From NCBI GenBank assembly GCA_016748015.1, contig JAAOMT010000009.1:1551924-1615923 (forward strand): a stretch of DNA of 64,000 nucleotides, written 5' to 3'. The notes below the pieces were generated by a model. It made no database searches. It had not been told where the DNA came from and saw nothing but the letters and a program-made list of their open reading frames with translations. Below are positions 49,940 through 63,454 of the stretch, piece by piece. This stretch comes from Geosiphon pyriformis uo1. Lineage: Eukaryota; Fungi; Glomeromycota. Position 1 is the first letter of the stretch. Each line of letters opens with the position of its first letter. Both the position numbers and the translations under genes were made by a program.

Positions 49940-52900
49940 TTTTTTTATTTATTTATTTATAAGTACAGTTTAATTACTATCTAATATACAAAATCAAAAC
50001 TAAAAAGTCCATCTAGATATAATTCACATCTTTACTACATGTGACCAGTTACTCAGACCAATTAAGACAATACTAAACTTTTATATAAACTATTGGTCTA
50101 TCATTTAGACCAAAAAAAAACAAGTAAAGTTTACAAAAACCAAAACTAACTTTAAAAAACTCATTAATACCAAGCAAACAAACCACTTTATTAGACAAAT
50201 CTGATACCAAACTGCGAAATACAATTGGCACCACCCCAAAATTGCTGACCAAACTATTTTTCTCCATATTTACCCTGTATTTGAATCTGAATCTCCACAA
50301 ATTAAATTAATGCTATTTATTTAAATCATGCACAAAATTAACCAAAATCTGAACAACTTTCTTATAGTCTTTAAATACCTGTACAGTTTTATTATATTAA
50401 TCTATAAGCATAAAGTTTTTATAAAAAAGTACATATAAGTTAATATTAGATAAGCAAGAAAAAAGAGATTCCACAACTACAGAAGACAACAGAATACAAG
50501 ATCCAACTAGAGATTTTCAAACCAAAATCTGATTAGCCAAAATCACCTTATGGGAATTAGACTCTTTAGAACAGATAAATACATGATCAGAAAATTTAAT
50601 TTTTTTATACTGTAAACACAAAATATTTGAATATCTTTTGTTATAAAGTCTCTTTCTAATGGCAACAGACAGTCTCTTATAAACAGCTTTCATAAAGTAC
50701 ATATGCAAACTAGCTGAAGTTTTACTTGTTGAACTTAATAGCATATGCAAATTCAGATGTCAAACTGCAGCAGTTTGAATCCAAATAATCTTGCAAAATA
50801 AAGAAATGTTTAATATTTTAGAACCAAATTCATACTTCTAATAAGCATAATCTATTAATCTATATATGTCTTAGACAAAAGAATAAATATTATTAGACAT
50901 TGGCAAATTATTACTCATAATAAAGTATTTATTTATATTACTGGACAACAACAGAAAAAAATGATCAACTTTATTTATCAAAGCATTTACATTGTTACCA
51001 GTAGTTTTTGTCAGTATTAAAGAATATTTCTTAGCTCAACTGGTAATACACATTACCATGATTATGCTACTGATTATAGCATTTCATGGGTGTATAGACT
51101 ATTTTAATAAGTGGGAGAGCAAAAAAGAGTACATAATAAAATTATTAAACGTGAAAGAAAGTATTGTCATTATTATTTGTTTTTGGGCAAGAACCAGTCT
51201 TAGGTATTTTGAAAGAGAAAGAGAAATCACATTTCTTTATATGTATTAAAAGTGCAACTAGCAATAAGGAGAAACCAAAACTACTTAGGAAAATTGTAAC
51301 CAGAATTCTTTCAATTAGTTATTAAAAGGGTGTGGTGTTCAAATGTCCACTTTGAAAATGAAATTATAAGAATTATAAAAGATTGTAAGAGTAAAACATA
51401 ACTGAAATAGATTTAAACTTTTTATTGTTGAGACCATTTTCTAACAATGTGATACTTTATTACTTATTTTAATATTTTAACAACTTGTTCAGTGAAACAA
51501 GACTTAATGTAAAATGGTGATAACACATGATTGGAAAGATTGGAAGTAATAGAAAGCTTAATGATTTTGTTAACAAGTAAGTAAGAAGTTATAAATAACA
51601 TGATTCCAAATAGTGATAAGGAATATGGGAAGGCATACTTGAGATTGTGATAACAAGTATTTAGAGCATAAAAAAAGGAAAAGAAGGAGTAAGAAGTAGA
51701 AAAAAAGACTAACTACTCACTATAAAACTATAACAAAAAGTTGGCTCAGTATTGAACTAATGCTTTTTTGAGCTGACAAAGAGACTGTATATATAGCTAA
51801 ATTACATCAGATCTATATACTATATTAAGACTATTTAAGATACATCAATTATTTATACATTTTAATTAATTAATTTATGATAAGCTTTACTTGGCATGTT
51901 ATTTTCTCAGAGCTAGTGATTTTTAGATGATCAGATTTAGATGGCTGGATTTGGAACATTAATTGTCAATTAATGATACTAATTGTGATTATGATTAACA
52001 TAATCAGAAGTAAATCAATTGATTATATTTCTTAGTAACTACTTTTAACCATTGATTGCAGATCTGGAATGTTAGATTGTTTCAATAAGAATGTATGAGA
52101 ATTTTGAAACATAACAAAGCCTGTTGTTATCTGATTACATATATCAATCATTCATTTTTATTGGTGTTTCTTAGTTTGCCAAAATTTCTTTGTATCCAAC
52201 TTAGTTAAACTGTTAGATTGTGCTATATTTCTTTGTTGTAATTGGATTGATTGCTGATCATTTATTTTCAGATTGCCAGCTGATTTTGTTGATTAAGTGC
52301 GATGATGTAGCTTTTTTTTGCATGATTTTGATGTTAATTTTTATTGTATGTGTTGTAATTTTTGCATTAAAAAGTGTGAAAATCTTCTGATAACAATATA
52401 GATATTACCCAAAATACTTGAATGTTTTTTAACTTTTGATTAAACTACTAAAAAATTTTTGCTACTAACCAAATTTGCAATATGTCTTCTTTTTATCCAG
52501 CAATAGTTTTGAAAATCAGAATTTGATATATTTAATTTCAAGATGCATACATCTATGGCTGATTGACTGTCTAAGTATACAACTACAGTATAAAAAAATG
52601 GCACATATTTCAAAGCAAAAACAATGGCCTGCAATTTAGCCATTATTAATGACAATAGTTTATCAATCCTAACACTAAAACCCAAATTAACTTCCAAAAA
52701 ATATACAGCAGTCCCACCAGCTACCACAAAAAAATCCAGTCTTTTTAAGAATCTATCCATATAAACATTAAGTTCATTCAACCAAATCTCAAGAAAATGA
52801 TCTCTCAAGACTAAAAACTAATTTAACAACAAAACACTGCTGTTTTTAGAAGTAAAATTCAAATTAGGAAAGGCTAATACAAGCTTGATATTGTTTAAAA

Positions 52901-53780
52901 ATTTAGAGGCCAAAACAAACCAAAAAAACACTGATTCCCTAAGATCTAATTTTTTCCAATGATAGAATGTTTTCTAATTTATAACTTTACTTTTTTTATT
53001 CAAAAGTCTATTACAAAAGACCACATTAAACTTTCTTAAGGAACTCACTCTTTTATAATACAATAAAGCTTTCAAAACACTTAACATAGAAAATCTTCCA
53101 AGATTACAGAATGCATAAAATAAATTATTCATCAGAGAAAAACTATTATTTACAAAAATGTGAACTACACCAGTCAAAAAATTGTTGGAGAAACTAATAT
53201 ATAACCTCACAAGATACTGCAAAGAATTCAAAAAGGCCCAGTCTAGAATCTGCAGATCCAAAAATCTGTGCTTAAAAAGCCAACCAAGAATTCCAGAAGC
53301 ATTTGCAAAAACCACAACAGAAGCAATCTTTTTTTCTGCCTAAATTTGTTTAAATGTTTTTAGACCATACAAAAAAAGATAATATAATGCTTTACTAAAA
53401 AAATTTCAAGACAATCCAATCTTTAGCTTAAGACTCTTTCTGATTAAAACATTTTATTAATGACACACTATTAGAAAAATAAAGCTAAATTGTAAATAAT
53501 AGCTAATAATAAGTTGTAAAACCACTAAGACTAAATACAAAAACTGTTTATTTGAAATAGTCTTTCTCAATACTATATTAGAAAAAAACCTAATATTAGA
53601 TCAAGTTTTGGCCAAACTGGGCTTTAATATTCTATTAGTAAATAAAAAAATTCCCAAATATATGTGTAATACAACACTTCTGGCAATTGTAATAGGCAAT
53701 CTACTAATTCTCAAAAAAGCATTTTTAATTTTTCTATTAATAAGAATAGTGTTACAGGTAGAATTCAGTGTTTATGGTGG
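49940..53780 (-). mobile_element. LINE 3' half (RT end, RNase H, CCHC, 3' UTR, (TAAA)n tail), interrupted by solo LTR D and by family A copy 2
   Basis: YLGIF (RT end); VYMD...AKLQAI...YLDSQSAI...KVKKHSSILGN (RNase H); CLQY...DHVFIC; tail at 49940-49961. Confidence 0.87.
50993..52395 (-). mobile_element. Solo LTR, family D (1403 bp)
   Basis: TGTTACCA...TGATAACA termini; flanks ACAT/ATAT (4-bp TSD with one C>T); removing it restores the LINE RNase H frame (GNIYVNAL). Orientation is tentative. Confidence 0.8.
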
Positions 53781-54752
53781 TGTTACCAGACGAAATTAGA
53801 GATATTGCTTAACATGAAATTACCTTTATAATTTTTATTATTAATGAGCATTTCAAATTATCACTTATTACATTAGCAAAATATTCAAAATTATTATTTA
53901 ATTAATAACTCAATTTGTATATAACACAAATGTAACCTAATTGCAATGATCAATCATGCAATACACTGAACTAGGTAACATTCAAAAAGTTTGCCGAAAT
54001 TTGTAGAAATTTGCCGAAATAATTGATAATTCACTGAAATATCTAATAGTTTGCAGAAATAACTTGTAGTTTGCCGAAATGTATCTCTAGTTTAGTAAAA
54101 TTAAAGAAAATAGCAAAGTTCAAGTTCATAGAATAGTGTTATGACAAGTTGTATAAAAGAAGAGCTTCTCTTTTTGAGAAAATGTATCTTACTTTAGATT
54201 TATCACTTAGAACCATTCCTACACACACAAAAAGAAATAAAATATCAAATAATTCAAAAAACCAATTTTTTTAAATATTGCACTTAAAAAATCTCCAAAA
54301 ACCCAACTAATGTTTTGAAATTGATTAGCTACCAATTTCAGTAAACTGTTAGTGACTTCAGGTCTGGATAGAAAATGTTTCCCTTAACAGAATTCTATTT
54401 CTTTTATATTTTCTTTATTTTTCTTTTTTTTTCCTATTACAATCATTAGAGTAGCCTACAGACGAAATTCCTGTAGAAGAGTTGACTTTCACAGCAAAGT
54501 AACTACACATTTTTAGTGAGCTTCCAGACAAGCAATTCCTGGGAAAGAGTTGATGTTTACTACAATATAACTATACAAAGTAACTGGCACGGAATTGGCC
54601 ATTCTACTTATAAGCCCAACAGTTCAAATTATAGAAGATAATTTGAAGATAAATTCAGTTATCGGAGGTTCAAACACTTCCCATAATCGTGAATTAACAG
54701 CATTACAACAAACATACAAGAGCTAAGAAGAGACCAAAAACCTCCGGTAACA
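53781..54752 (+). repeat. 5' LTR, family A copy 2
   Basis: TGTTAC...GTAACA termini. Confidence 0.95.
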
Positions 54753-54796
54753 TTTGGTGCTTTTCCACAGAAACAACACAGCAAAACAACTTCAAA

Positions 54797-57700
54797 GTGG
54801 TGACCACACCAGACGCAACAACTCTAGAGTATTACCAATCAATTTACACTCACTGCAAGCAAAGATTTAACATTCCAGACAGAATTGAAGTTGTCAAGAA
54901 ATCAGTATACCAATATATTGAAAATTGCATCAACAATTATCTTTTTGGAAATTACAATATCTCAGAAGTTAGAAGCAACCTTTACAATAATTTAGTATAC
55001 TATTCACAGTTGAAAACTGAAGACCTTAACAGTGAAACACTTGCCACTTACTTTCAAGAACTAAATTTCAACATTATCAAGTACTGTGAAGAAACATATC
55101 CAGTGCAGTCTCAATACTCCATTGATTTTGAATCAGAGACAGAAACAAGCAATAAAGACAAACAAAAATTGAAGCAATACTCAAAAACCACTCCAAATAT
55201 CCCAATACTACAAAAAACAACTGCCAAACACTTACAAACACCTGAACAAAGAACCAGTTCAAAACTTCCACTTACTATCACACCTTTTCCAGCTTTACTT
55301 GCACAAGCACAAACACCTAATTCACCCTTAAATTGATTTGCAAGACTAAAAGATTTTACATTACCCAGAAGTCTTACCAGACAACAAAAACCCCTTCAAA
55401 CTAGTTTTAATCTCCTTGACTTTCTAGCTGAAAATCGAAGTGAACACTCTGAGACAGCAGTGAACAAAAAAAACGACTCTGAAATATCTGAAGAAGAATC
55501 AATAGACAGTGAAAATAAAGAAGATGAAATGACAGCATACATTGCAAAAATTCTTGAATTCAATGGAGAAGACATTGAGACCAGTCCCCAAGAATGGCTT
55601 GACCAAGTTACTAAAGCTGGAGATGCAAATGAATGGAATGCTGTCAGAATGTTAAAAACAATTCTCTACTTTCTCAAAGGAACAGCAGATGAATGGTTTG
55701 AAAACTTGACCATTCCTTTTAATGATTGGACAGCTTTCAAAACTGTCTTCTTAGAACAATTCACTGATAACAACATCTCAATCACTTTTCGAAATCATTT
55801 TCGCAATATTAAACAAGAACCCTCCGAATCTGTTATGACTTATATTAGGAAATTCAACAAATTTCTTAGACAAATTCACCAACTTGAAACTAATGATTAT
55901 TATTCTGATGCTCAAATTCTGGATCAATTTATCGCTGGTTTAAAGGATAAACTAATTAAAAAGATTTGCCCACATGCTCCAGAAGATTTAAACTCTGCCA
56001 TTCAGCATGCAAAGAGATATGAAATGGCCATAGAAAAAGCCAATCATACAAAACTTGTGAACTTAGACATTAGAGAAACCAGCTCAGCAGCTGAAGAAAA
56101 AATTGACCAACTTGCAAAGAAAGTCAAAAACTATTTCACCAACCAACAACAACAACAACCCAAAGATATTAACCACTCCAAAGACAAAATCAAAACAACT
56201 TCACATCACCCTCTAATAACCAGCCTCAGAGTTGCCATTACTGTGGAATTCCTGGCCACTGGAAAAGAGATTGCAGAAAGCTACAACAAGACCAACAAAA
56301 TAGGAGTAATCAACATTACTCTCCACCATAGCAATCTTATTATCAACCATCACCACCAGCTTACTATCCACCAAGACCACAATATCAAAGTAACTATTAT
56401 TAGCCTGCCCCACAGCCAATTCAACAGCAATACCAACAACCACCCACACAACATTATTAAATGCCTGCTCGAAGATTAATCCCACAAAATCAATTTACAC
56501 CACAAAACCGATACCAAGTAAACAACAATAGAATCAATTCAAATAACCAATTAGTTCCCTAAAATCCAGCTCAGCCAAGACCCATCCATTATCATACTCA
56601 ACCTAGCTATCTTACAATACCTGAAGAACAGGATTTTCACCATACTGCACTCTCAGAAGGTAGAACTGCAACATGACAACAAAACCCTTTCTATACTTCT
56701 ACCACAATCCCACCAGCCAGAATTGCTGAAAACACCAACCTTTCAGACATATTTTCTTTTGAGTTTGAAGCAAATGAGTCACCATTCCTGCTTAGCAATG
56801 CGGCCACCAACAAACAAAAAGCAATCACTGCTATGTATACTGAAGCAGAAGTTGAAGAAAAGGCAATTCACTTGATCCTAGACAGTGAATCCACCAAAAG
56901 CATCATCACCTACCAGTTAATGCAACAGTTAAAGAGAAATGTTGACCGACCAGCTCAAACAGTAATCGTTACTGCTGATGGCATAAAAAAGACTCCAGTA
57001 AGAGAAATTGACAATTTTCCGTTTACTCTTGATGAAATTACTATTTCAGTCAAAGTTCTTGTAATGGACGCACCCCAGTACCAAGCTCTTGTCAGAAATG
57101 ATTGGCTTCAAAAAGCCAATGCTAATCTGAATTGGGAGACACAAGAGTTAACAATTTCCTACCAAGGACAACACACCCGAGTACCTGCCACTTGTGGTAC
57201 ATTTAACAAACACTCCAAAAAAGCCCCAGCTTTTGAATTCAAACTGGAAGAAGAAAAGCCCATCATTGAAACATTTATGGCACTTGGATCAACCTCCAAT
57301 TGGGCTGATGAAACTAAACAACAGTACTTTTCAACAAATGATTCTCTTAAAACAAAAAAACCAGTGACAACTGGATGAAATGTCCCCTATTTAAAACCAG
57401 AACCACAAAAACAATGCCCCTACATTCCACTCAAATGCAAGGACTGCCACAAGAAACTCTTCTCAATGGGAGCCTGCATTTCACCTGAAGAAGAATATGA
57501 AAATCATACTTGTTATTACTGCAAGACTTGCCATAGAGAATGATAGGGCCATCTAATAAAAAGAAGTGGAAAATGAGATAACACCTCTTGTTTGACTTGT
57601 GGAGATATGCTACCAGAAGAATGCAATTGGATTGATGTAGCAATAAGAGAAGGAGTCTGCAATCAGATCTGCCAATATACTTTATCAATTTCAGAAAAAG

Positions 57701-60400
57701 TAAAAAGAGGAACACCCTTTAATGCAGCATACAACAGTGCTCTCAACAAACTTTATCACTACCCTCATGATGCTGAGATGATTTTTGACCTAGCAATGGT
57801 ATTAATTAATGGAGCTACTAAAGAAGATGTCCATCAAATGAAGGAAGCAGAATACATTGAATACACCATGGAATTAGCTAGATTTGATTATAAAGATAAA
57901 GTAGAAGTCTACCACCAAATTGCAAGTCACACCTACCCAACTCTAGAAGCTCAAATTCAATGATTAAAGCAAATAAACATTAGGCTATGTAAAGAATGCA
58001 TTATGCCTTGTGATAAACAGTAGTGTCCTGAATGCTATGCTCTTAGCATTCCTCTGCCCAGTAAAAACGATAAGAACAAAATTGAATTTGGAGAACTTAA
58101 AGCAACAGAAGAAATTGAAGCAACACCCATATATCTCATTGAAAACCAGCCTGCCTTCCTACTCAAATACTTCAACAACAATGGACAAGGAATAAAACCT
58201 GAAAAAGCACATGAAATTGATACTGGATATGACCTAAGATATCCAGACAAGGATACTCTCATTCTTAAACCCAAATCTCTCACAAAAATCAATCTCAAAA
58301 TTGCTCTCAAAATCCCGCTAGGAGCAATGGTTCAAATTGCCTCCCGATCCTCTCTGGCAAGCAAAAAAATCAATGTCAGAGGAGGAATAATCGATGCTGA
58401 ATATACTGGTAACATAACAGTAATACTCCAAAACAAAACTAACAAGCCATTTAAGATTAAACATGCCAAGAAAATTGCCCAAGCCATTTATTTACTCTTA
58501 ATCAACATTTTGGGTTTACAATTAGTCAATCAAAGAGAACTATTGGAAAAAGTGAAAAAGGAACCCAAGGTTTTGGTTCAACTGGATGATTTACAGTTTC
58601 AGTAAACATAGCTCTCAACAAACAGAAAAAATCTCACCAGATTTTATGACTTCCACAACCAATTACCATTTCACCTTTTGGAGAACACCCTGAAATTTAT
58701 ACTTGTGAAAAGCCAACAACCACACAACAAATTTTTGAGTCCAATGAACAAATCTGCTTGAAATATAATATCTCGATCCCAAACATTTATATTCCAGAAG
58801 AAACAAAGAAAATCCGAATTACTTTTTACAATCCCAACAATTATCCCATAGTTTTATTAAATAACTTAGAAATTGGAATCATTTACAGTAACATCTTTCA
58901 ACAAAAATTACCCCAGACAGTTTCCAATTTCTCAAAAATCATTAAACATTTACTACTAAAAATCAACCCAAATTTCAGTTCTGAGAACTATTATGTTGTC
59001 ATAGAAAAACTATCTCGAATCAACATGGGACAACTTGAACCATGACAACAAAGCCAGCTCAAAGAGCTAATTGTAGAATTTGCCGATATCTTTGCCAAAA
59101 ACAACAATGACTTAGGAAGAACCAATTTGGTTCAACACTAAATCTATATAGGAGATGTCAAACCAAGATGACAACAAGCCTACTGAGTCACTCCAGAAAG
59201 TCACCAATTTATCTGAGAAGAAGTACAACAGATGCTTAACAATGGGCCTTACCTGTGGTCCTAGTTAAAAAGAAAAATGGAAAGATACAATTTTGTGTTG
59301 ATTATTGACAACTCAACAGTGTCACTATTGGAGATGTCTACCCTCTTCCCCAAATCGATGATATGTTAGATGCCCTTGGAAAATCCAAATACTTTTCAAC
59401 ACTAGATCTAGAAAGCAGATACTGGCAAGTTGCCATGAATCCCAAAGATTGTCCCAAAACAGCATTCACCACTCAAGGAGGAAACTACGAGTTCAATGTA
59501 ATGCCTTTCGGATTATGCAATGCACCAGCAACATTTTAAAGACTCATGGATGTTGTTTACAAAGGCCTCTTTTGGAAATCAGTAATTGTTTATCTCGATG
59601 ATACTGATGTTTATTCATCATCTTTTGAATTACACTTAAAACACCTGCAAGAAGTTTTTCAACAATTACAAAAAGCAAGATTGAAACTGAACATCAAAAA
59701 ATGCTACTTCAAAAAAATGAGTTTGGCCTTTCTTGGCCACATTGTGAGCAAAGATAGAATTAAACTGGACTCCAGAAAAATCAGCACTGTCAAGAGCTTC
59801 AAGACTCCACGAAATACCACAGAATTGAGAGGATTTATTGGATTAGTATCCTATTACTGAAAATTCATCAAAGGATTTTCAGAAATTGCAAAACCCCTCA
59901 ACCAGCTCATTACTAAAAATGTCGAATACAAATGGATGGAAGAACACCAAAAAGCTTTTGAAATTCTCAAGGAAAAGCTGACAACAGCTCTAATTCTCAC
60001 CTACTCAGACTTCAATAACCAGTTTTGACTAGCTACAGATGCTTCTTACACTGCCTTTGGTGTCATCTTATCACAATTAGATGACAATGGAAATGAGCAA
60101 GTAATTGCTTATGCTAACAGAACATTAAAACCAGTTGAGAAAAACTACTCTGCCACAGAACTAGAAACAGCAGTCGTAATTTGGGCCCTACACCACTTCA
60201 ACTTTTATCTCAGACTTAAAGAATTCGATATTATTACTGATAATATTGGACTCAAATGGCTTCAAAACAAAAACACCCAACTGAATGCAAAACAAACCCG
60301 ATGGACAGGATTTTTAGCCAACTACCAATACATTGTACACCACAAACCAGGAAAACTCCACACCAATGTTGATTGTCTCTCAAGAATGAGGCAAGATTAG
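54797..60400 (+). pseudogene. Extension-Gag-PR-Cys-rich-dUTPase-RT-RNase H polyprotein, copy 2, disrupted
   Basis: Homologous to 8009-13645; LILDS, DTGYDL, GGIID, VYLDD; TAG at 60398-60400. Confidence 0.85.
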
Positions 60401-60446
60401 AATACAAAACCAGCACCCATTTGAATTAACAACAAAACAACAAACA

Positions 60447-61832
60447 ATGAATCCTGAAAACTACAACAATCTTAAACAATATCTAGAGACATTAACAATC
60501 TTAACAGATTGGTCCTCAGATGAAAAACGCCAGTTACAACAACAAGCCAAACAATACTTCTTACACAACAACATTATTTATTATTGAAACTTCAGAAACT
60601 CAGACAATACACTCAGATTAATACAAGAACATGAAAAAGAAACTATTTTATATAATATGCACTCAAACCTTTTATCAGCACATCTAGAAAAAGACAGCAC
60701 CACTCAGAGAATACTAGGATATTACTTTTGGCCTCAAATGAGAAAAGACATTCATAAATACATTAAATCTTGTGATAGTTGTCAAAGAAGAGGAGGAACT
60801 CACCCTACAGAACCTTTAAACCCAATCAAAGTTGGACAGCCTTTTGACCGAGTTGGTATTGATTTAGTCAGACCACTCCCTATCACAAACCAAGGAAACT
60901 GTTATATTGCAGTAGCTGTAGATTATCTTACCAAATGGCCTGAAGCCAGAGCCATTTAACAAGCAGATGCAAAATCAGTAGCAAACTTCATCTACGAAGA
61001 CATCATTTGTAAACATAGATGCCCAATAGAACTTTTATCTGATCAAGGAACACATTTCGTGAACAATTTAATCCAGAAAATTTGTGGACAATTTAATGTC
61101 AAGAGACCATTATTTTTGCCTTACCATCCACAAACAAATAGACTTGTAGAACGTTTTAACAAAACATTGTGTGAATCATTAGCCAAAGTCTCAACCAATT
61201 TTGAGCAAAAATGAGATATCTTTATTCCATCAGTGTTGCTGGCATATAGAACACTAAAACAAGATACCACAAAACACACACCATTTGATTTAACTTATGG
61301 AAGGACAGCAACATTACCAATTAGTTTCACTGTGGAAACATACCCAACACAACCAATCAATAAAAACAATTTTCAGGAAACACTACAATGAAGAGCCTAC
61401 ACTCTGCTTAACATGTTGGAAGGAAAATGACAAATAACAGCCACCCATATTAAACACTCCCAAGCCCAACAAAAAGAATGGCATGATGACAAATTGTCTT
61501 TAGTTACCAATGGATTTAAAATCGGAAACAAAGTTCTCTTACACAGAACTAAAGCTGAAAAACAATGGAGTGGAAAATTTGAAAATAAATGGGATGGACC
61601 ATTCTTTATCCATGAAGTCCTAGACAATGGATCATACAAGCTAAGACTTGATGACAAAATCCTAGCAAAAGTTGCACATGGAGATCGTTTAAAACACTAT
61701 AATTCCAGAAACAATCCTGAACCATTAATTTCACAAATTGGTACACATTTCCTTTTAATCAATCCTGAAAATATTCCCTGAAAATTAGAACCAATAGTTG
61801 TTATTGAACAACCTCCCAACTTGAACACTTAA
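60447..61832 (+). pseudogene. Stand-alone integrase ORF, family A copy 2
   Basis: ATG 60447; HHCC (SCDSCQ), DLV, SDQG, VERFN and WDGPF. Confidence 0.88.
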
Positions 61833-61954
61833 TTTAAATTTATCATTATAGTTATATCATTATAATTTAGAAACAATCTCACAAAAACAAAATAAAAATA
61901 ACATAAAAACCCATACACCAAAAATAATTTTCTTTTATTTTCAAATTTCTTATA

Positions 61955-62674
61955 ATGTCTATTCCTCAAAACATTCAACAATTATCCCAAAAACTAATGT
62001 TAGCTTTAAAAACAATACCTGAATTATCCATTACTGTTACTGAAAAACACATTAATTATACCCAAACAGAAGTAGTTACAAATTTAGCCCCAAATGCACA
62101 AAAATATTACCCGTATAAAAAGAACACAAGAAGTTATTCTGGAATTCACCTGCCAGAACTTTTAAAGCTTGCTTTAAGAGAAAACTTAATGCTCACTCCT
62201 ATTAGTATTCTACCAAATGCTACTATTCAACAAAAACTTCAATTGTGTCTTAATGAAGAAAACTACAACTATACTTCAATATATAGATATTTCTACATTG
62301 GAAAAACACTTTACAAACAAAAATAGGAGCTTACAGCAGCAAATTTCACAAAAGAAGCTATTCGGAAACAACTCCACAACAAATTCAAGACAACAACTGG
62401 ACCTACAAACAGTCATTATAAACTAAGAGCTGCTCTTTGACTTTATGACCTATTTCACACCTGTGAAAACGTCCTACAAAACCCAATTTTACAACCTTTG
62501 AAGATTTAATACATTGAAAAATTCACAAAACTGAAATTTCAACAATTTTCAGACCAAATTTTTTCAATAATTTTGGATTACTATCTGAAAATTACAGACA
62601 GTATTTGGACTTCAATGGAGCTTAGTCTTGAGAAGAAGGTTATGTTACCAGACAAAATTAGAGATATTGCTTAA
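61955..62674 (+). pseudogene. ORF3, family A copy 2
   Basis: Homologous to 15200-15919; ends inside the 3' LTR. Confidence 0.75.
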
Positions 62675-63454
62675 CATAAAATTATCTTTATAATTCTTAT
62701 CATTAATAAGCATTTCAAATTATCACTTATTACATTAACAAAATATCCGAAATTATCATTTAATTAATAATTCAATTTGTACATAACACAAATGTAATCT
62801 AATTGCAATGATCAATCATGCAATACACTGAACTAGATAACATTCAAAAAGTTTGCCGAAATTTGTAGAAATTTGCCGAAATAATTGATAGTTTACCGAA
62901 ATATTTAATAGTTCACAGAAATAACTTGTAGTTTGCCGAAATGTATCTCTAGTTCAGTGAAATTAAAGAAAATAGCAAAGTTCAAGTTCATAGAATAGTG
63001 TTATGACAAGTTGTATAAAAGAAAAACTTCTCTCTTCGAGAAAATGTATCTTACTTTAGATTTATCACTTAGAATCATTCTTACATACACAAAAAAAAAT
63101 AAAATATCAAATAATTCGAAAAACCAATTTCTTTAAATATTGTACTTGAAAAATTTCCAAAAACCCAACTAACGTTTTGAAATTGATTAGCTACCAATTT
63201 CAGTAAACTGTTAGTAACTCCAGGCCTGGATAAAAAACGTTTCCCTTGACAGAATTCTATTTCTTTTACATTTTCTTTATTTTTCTTTTCTTTTTCTATT
63301 ACAATCATTAGGGTAGCCTACAGACAAGATTCCTGTAGAAGAGTTGACTTTCATAGCAAAATAACTACACATTTTTAGTAAGCTTCCAGATGAGTAATTC
63401 CTGAGAAAAAGTTGATATTTACTACAACGTAACTATACAAAGTAACTGGCACGG
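62643..63454 (+). repeat. 3' LTR, family A copy 2, truncated by insertion
   Basis: Matches 53781-54592 and stops at ...GGCACGG. Confidence 0.92.

Larger units (their letters stand above)
53781..63454 (+). mobile_element. Gypsy LTR retrotransposon family A, copy 2 (3' LTR interrupted)
   Basis: Collinear with copy 1; 5' LTR 53781-54752, PBS 54755, PPT near 62630, 3' LTR 62643-63454. Confidence 0.95.
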
